The position numbers and the translations under genes are program-made. Below are positions 62,190 to 64,000 of a stretch of DNA of 64,000 nucleotides, one piece after another. The notes under the pieces are model-generated. The model saw nothing but the letters and a program-made list of their open reading frames with translations. It had not been told where the DNA came from and did no database searches. The number at the start of each line of letters is the position of its first letter. The first letter of the stretch is position 1. Source of the DNA: Phoronis australis (Eukaryota > Animalia > Phoronida); contig NMRA01000081.1 in assembly GCA_002633005.1 (NCBI GenBank), forward strand, positions 685,625-749,624, read 5' to 3'.

Positions 62190-64000
62190 ATTTAGTAACC
62201 AGTAACTTTTATTTGAATCACATGGAATTGTTTATTGTGGATTCCTCAACTACATGAGATAGCTCTTTTTTGGACGTTGTTTCTTACAGACCCTTTCCAG
62301 AGAACAGTTTGTCTGTCATGAGTCATCCGGTGTTCATGGCGACACAATTGTTGATTTTAAGCCAGTTTTAGTCGGTACCTCGAATATCTAATATGAGCTT
62401 AATGTTTCAATGGCATACAGTGGTTGAGACTTTTGAGGATTTCTGGTGGGCACAACCCAAAGTGTATTTTGTTTGCCACAGGACATTTAGTGACCACACT
62501 GACCAGTGACATGTATTCAATAACATGGAATTGGTTTTGAGCTACCTCAAATGTATGAGCTAACTCATTTTGAGAGGGCTGTATGGGTTTCTGGCGGACC
62601 CTTTCCAGAGTGCAATTTGTCATGGGTCATTCAGTGGTCAGTGCGGTATTATTGTTCGTGTTAAACCAGTTTTAGCTGGTACCTCGAATATCTAATCTAG
62701 GTCAAATTTCAATGGCATACCGGGGTTGACATTTTGGGGGTTTCTGGTGGGCACAACCCAAAGTGTATTTTGCACCATAGGGCATTTAGTGATTAGTGAC
62801 ATGTATTGAATCATACGAAATTGGTTATTTGTAGTACCTCTAATGTATAAGCTAACTCATTTTTGTGGGTCCTTTTTTCGTTTCTGCCGGACCCATTCCA
62901 CAGTACAATGTGTCTTTCATGGGTCATTCGGTGTTCAGTGTGAGTAGTATAGTAAGAGGTTTAGGAGTCTTATTTTGAGGGTCTCGGTCAAAGGTCACGT
63001 GGGATAACTGCAATCGGAAGAGACTCCATAAGCCTACCGGAGGGATGTGTCAATGACGTCACACCTCATGACATAATGAGTGTAATGAGTCTCATTAGAG
63101 AGGCAACTCGATGCTCGTTTTTGCGACTCCTAGCAACTGATCGAGAATCGAAACAAAAGAGGGATGCTGAATAAGAGCAAAACTTATTTCGTGTGCGCCA
63201 AGTGTCGTCATTGTATATTGTTTGTTCTGTCTCATGTGTCAAAAACTAAGGCATATACAAAAGGGGATAACCACCCAACTCAACAACAGATGTCGCGTGA
63301 AGTCTAACCCAGGACCCGATGGTACTAAGCGAATCCTACTAATAATACTAATAATAAGAGCCGACCAGCTAACACAGAACATAAAACCGATAGCGTTTAA
63401 TCGTGTATTAATGACAAACCAACACTACAAAAATCATCATTCGAATATAAAATCATCAAGACGTTCAGAAAAGTAGTCTATAGCAAATTTATCAAATGTC
63501 CAAATTATAGGTTCAGAGGTCCAATGGTGACGCCGTCGTCGAACACTCGTCGTTTGGGATAAAAGTAGGTGAACGCGCACCTCTCATGCAGGTAGGTATA
63601 CATAGTGTTATCACCGCCTAACCGGAATCCTTTGTTTTTGATATATGAGACAGAACAAACAATATACAACGACGACACTTGGCGCACATGAAATAAGTTT
63701 TGTTTTTATTCAGCATCCCTCTTTTGTTTTGATTCTCGATCAGTTGCTAAGAGCCGCAAAACGGGCATTGAGGTGCCTCTCTAACGGGTCCAATTAAACC
63801 TATTACGTCATGAGGTGTAACGCCATTGACACATCCGTCCGGTAGGCGGATGGTGTCCCTTCCGATTGCAGTTATCAAACATGACCTTTGACCTTTTCCT
63901 TTCACATGGATGACCTTTGACCAAAACCCGCTGAAACGGGCATCCAAAACCTCTTACTATACTACTAGTGCGGTACAATTGTCTGTTTTAAATCAGTTTT
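62190..64000. repeat. Tandem repeat array of about 300 bp, interrupted by the 62943-63966 insertion
   Basis: Units start at about 62190, 62484 and 62783 (CATTTAGT...GACCCTTTCCAG...GGTACCTCGAATATCTAAT...GGGCACAACCCAAAGTG). The third unit resumes at 63967. Confidence 0.8.
62943..63966. mobile_element. Non-autonomous Polinton/Maverick-like element (1024 bp, TIRs of about 310-340 bp, 6-bp TSD)
   Basis: Termini AGTAGTATAGTAAGAGGTTT / AAACCTCTTACTATACTACT. Flanks AGTGTG (62937-62942) and AGTGCG (63967-63972). Long inverted arms 62943-63252 and 63628-63966. Confidence 0.78.

Noticed and set aside
57700-64000. Upstream EMG1 exons (DSPLN...TRIPRTF..FCGLM)
   Set aside because: Searched by eye on the - strand and not found. 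They presumably lie beyond the window end.

Overview
This is AT-rich, intron- and repeat-rich eukaryotic genomic DNA. It looks like a marine invertebrate, possibly a deuterostome, but the species cannot be determined. There is one 260-nt assembly gap. By reading splice sites and phases I reconstructed three genes that the ORF track mostly misses. (1) The 3' part of a + strand Cys-rich gene (exons 1724-1756, 3266-3367 EGF-like, 9459-9584 ShKT/CRISP-ICR-like, probable last exon 11600-11667), possibly a secreted CAP/CRISP-type protein. (2) A complete-looking + strand gene (29191-47121, six phase-compatible coding exons, about 1340 aa) encoding a largely disordered protein with a poly-Asp tract, PxDLS, PxLxP and PPxY motifs and a C-terminal MYND zinc finger. 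(3) The last three exons of EMG1/NEP1 on the - strand (57634-57692, 53850-53999, 50450-50563), convergent with gene 2. The non-coding DNA holds many non-autonomous transposons. The most notable are a 1-kb element with Polinton/Maverick-type ends (AGTAGT termini, 6-bp TSD) at 62943-63966, a nested stack of insertions at 15285-19626 centred on a foldback element with 21-bp palindromic repeat arrays, and two copies of a TA-flanked element carrying a decayed HIRAN-like domain in EMG1 introns. LINE relics, tRNA-derived SINE-like heads, MITEs and minisatellites are also present. All calls are by eye; no database search was run.
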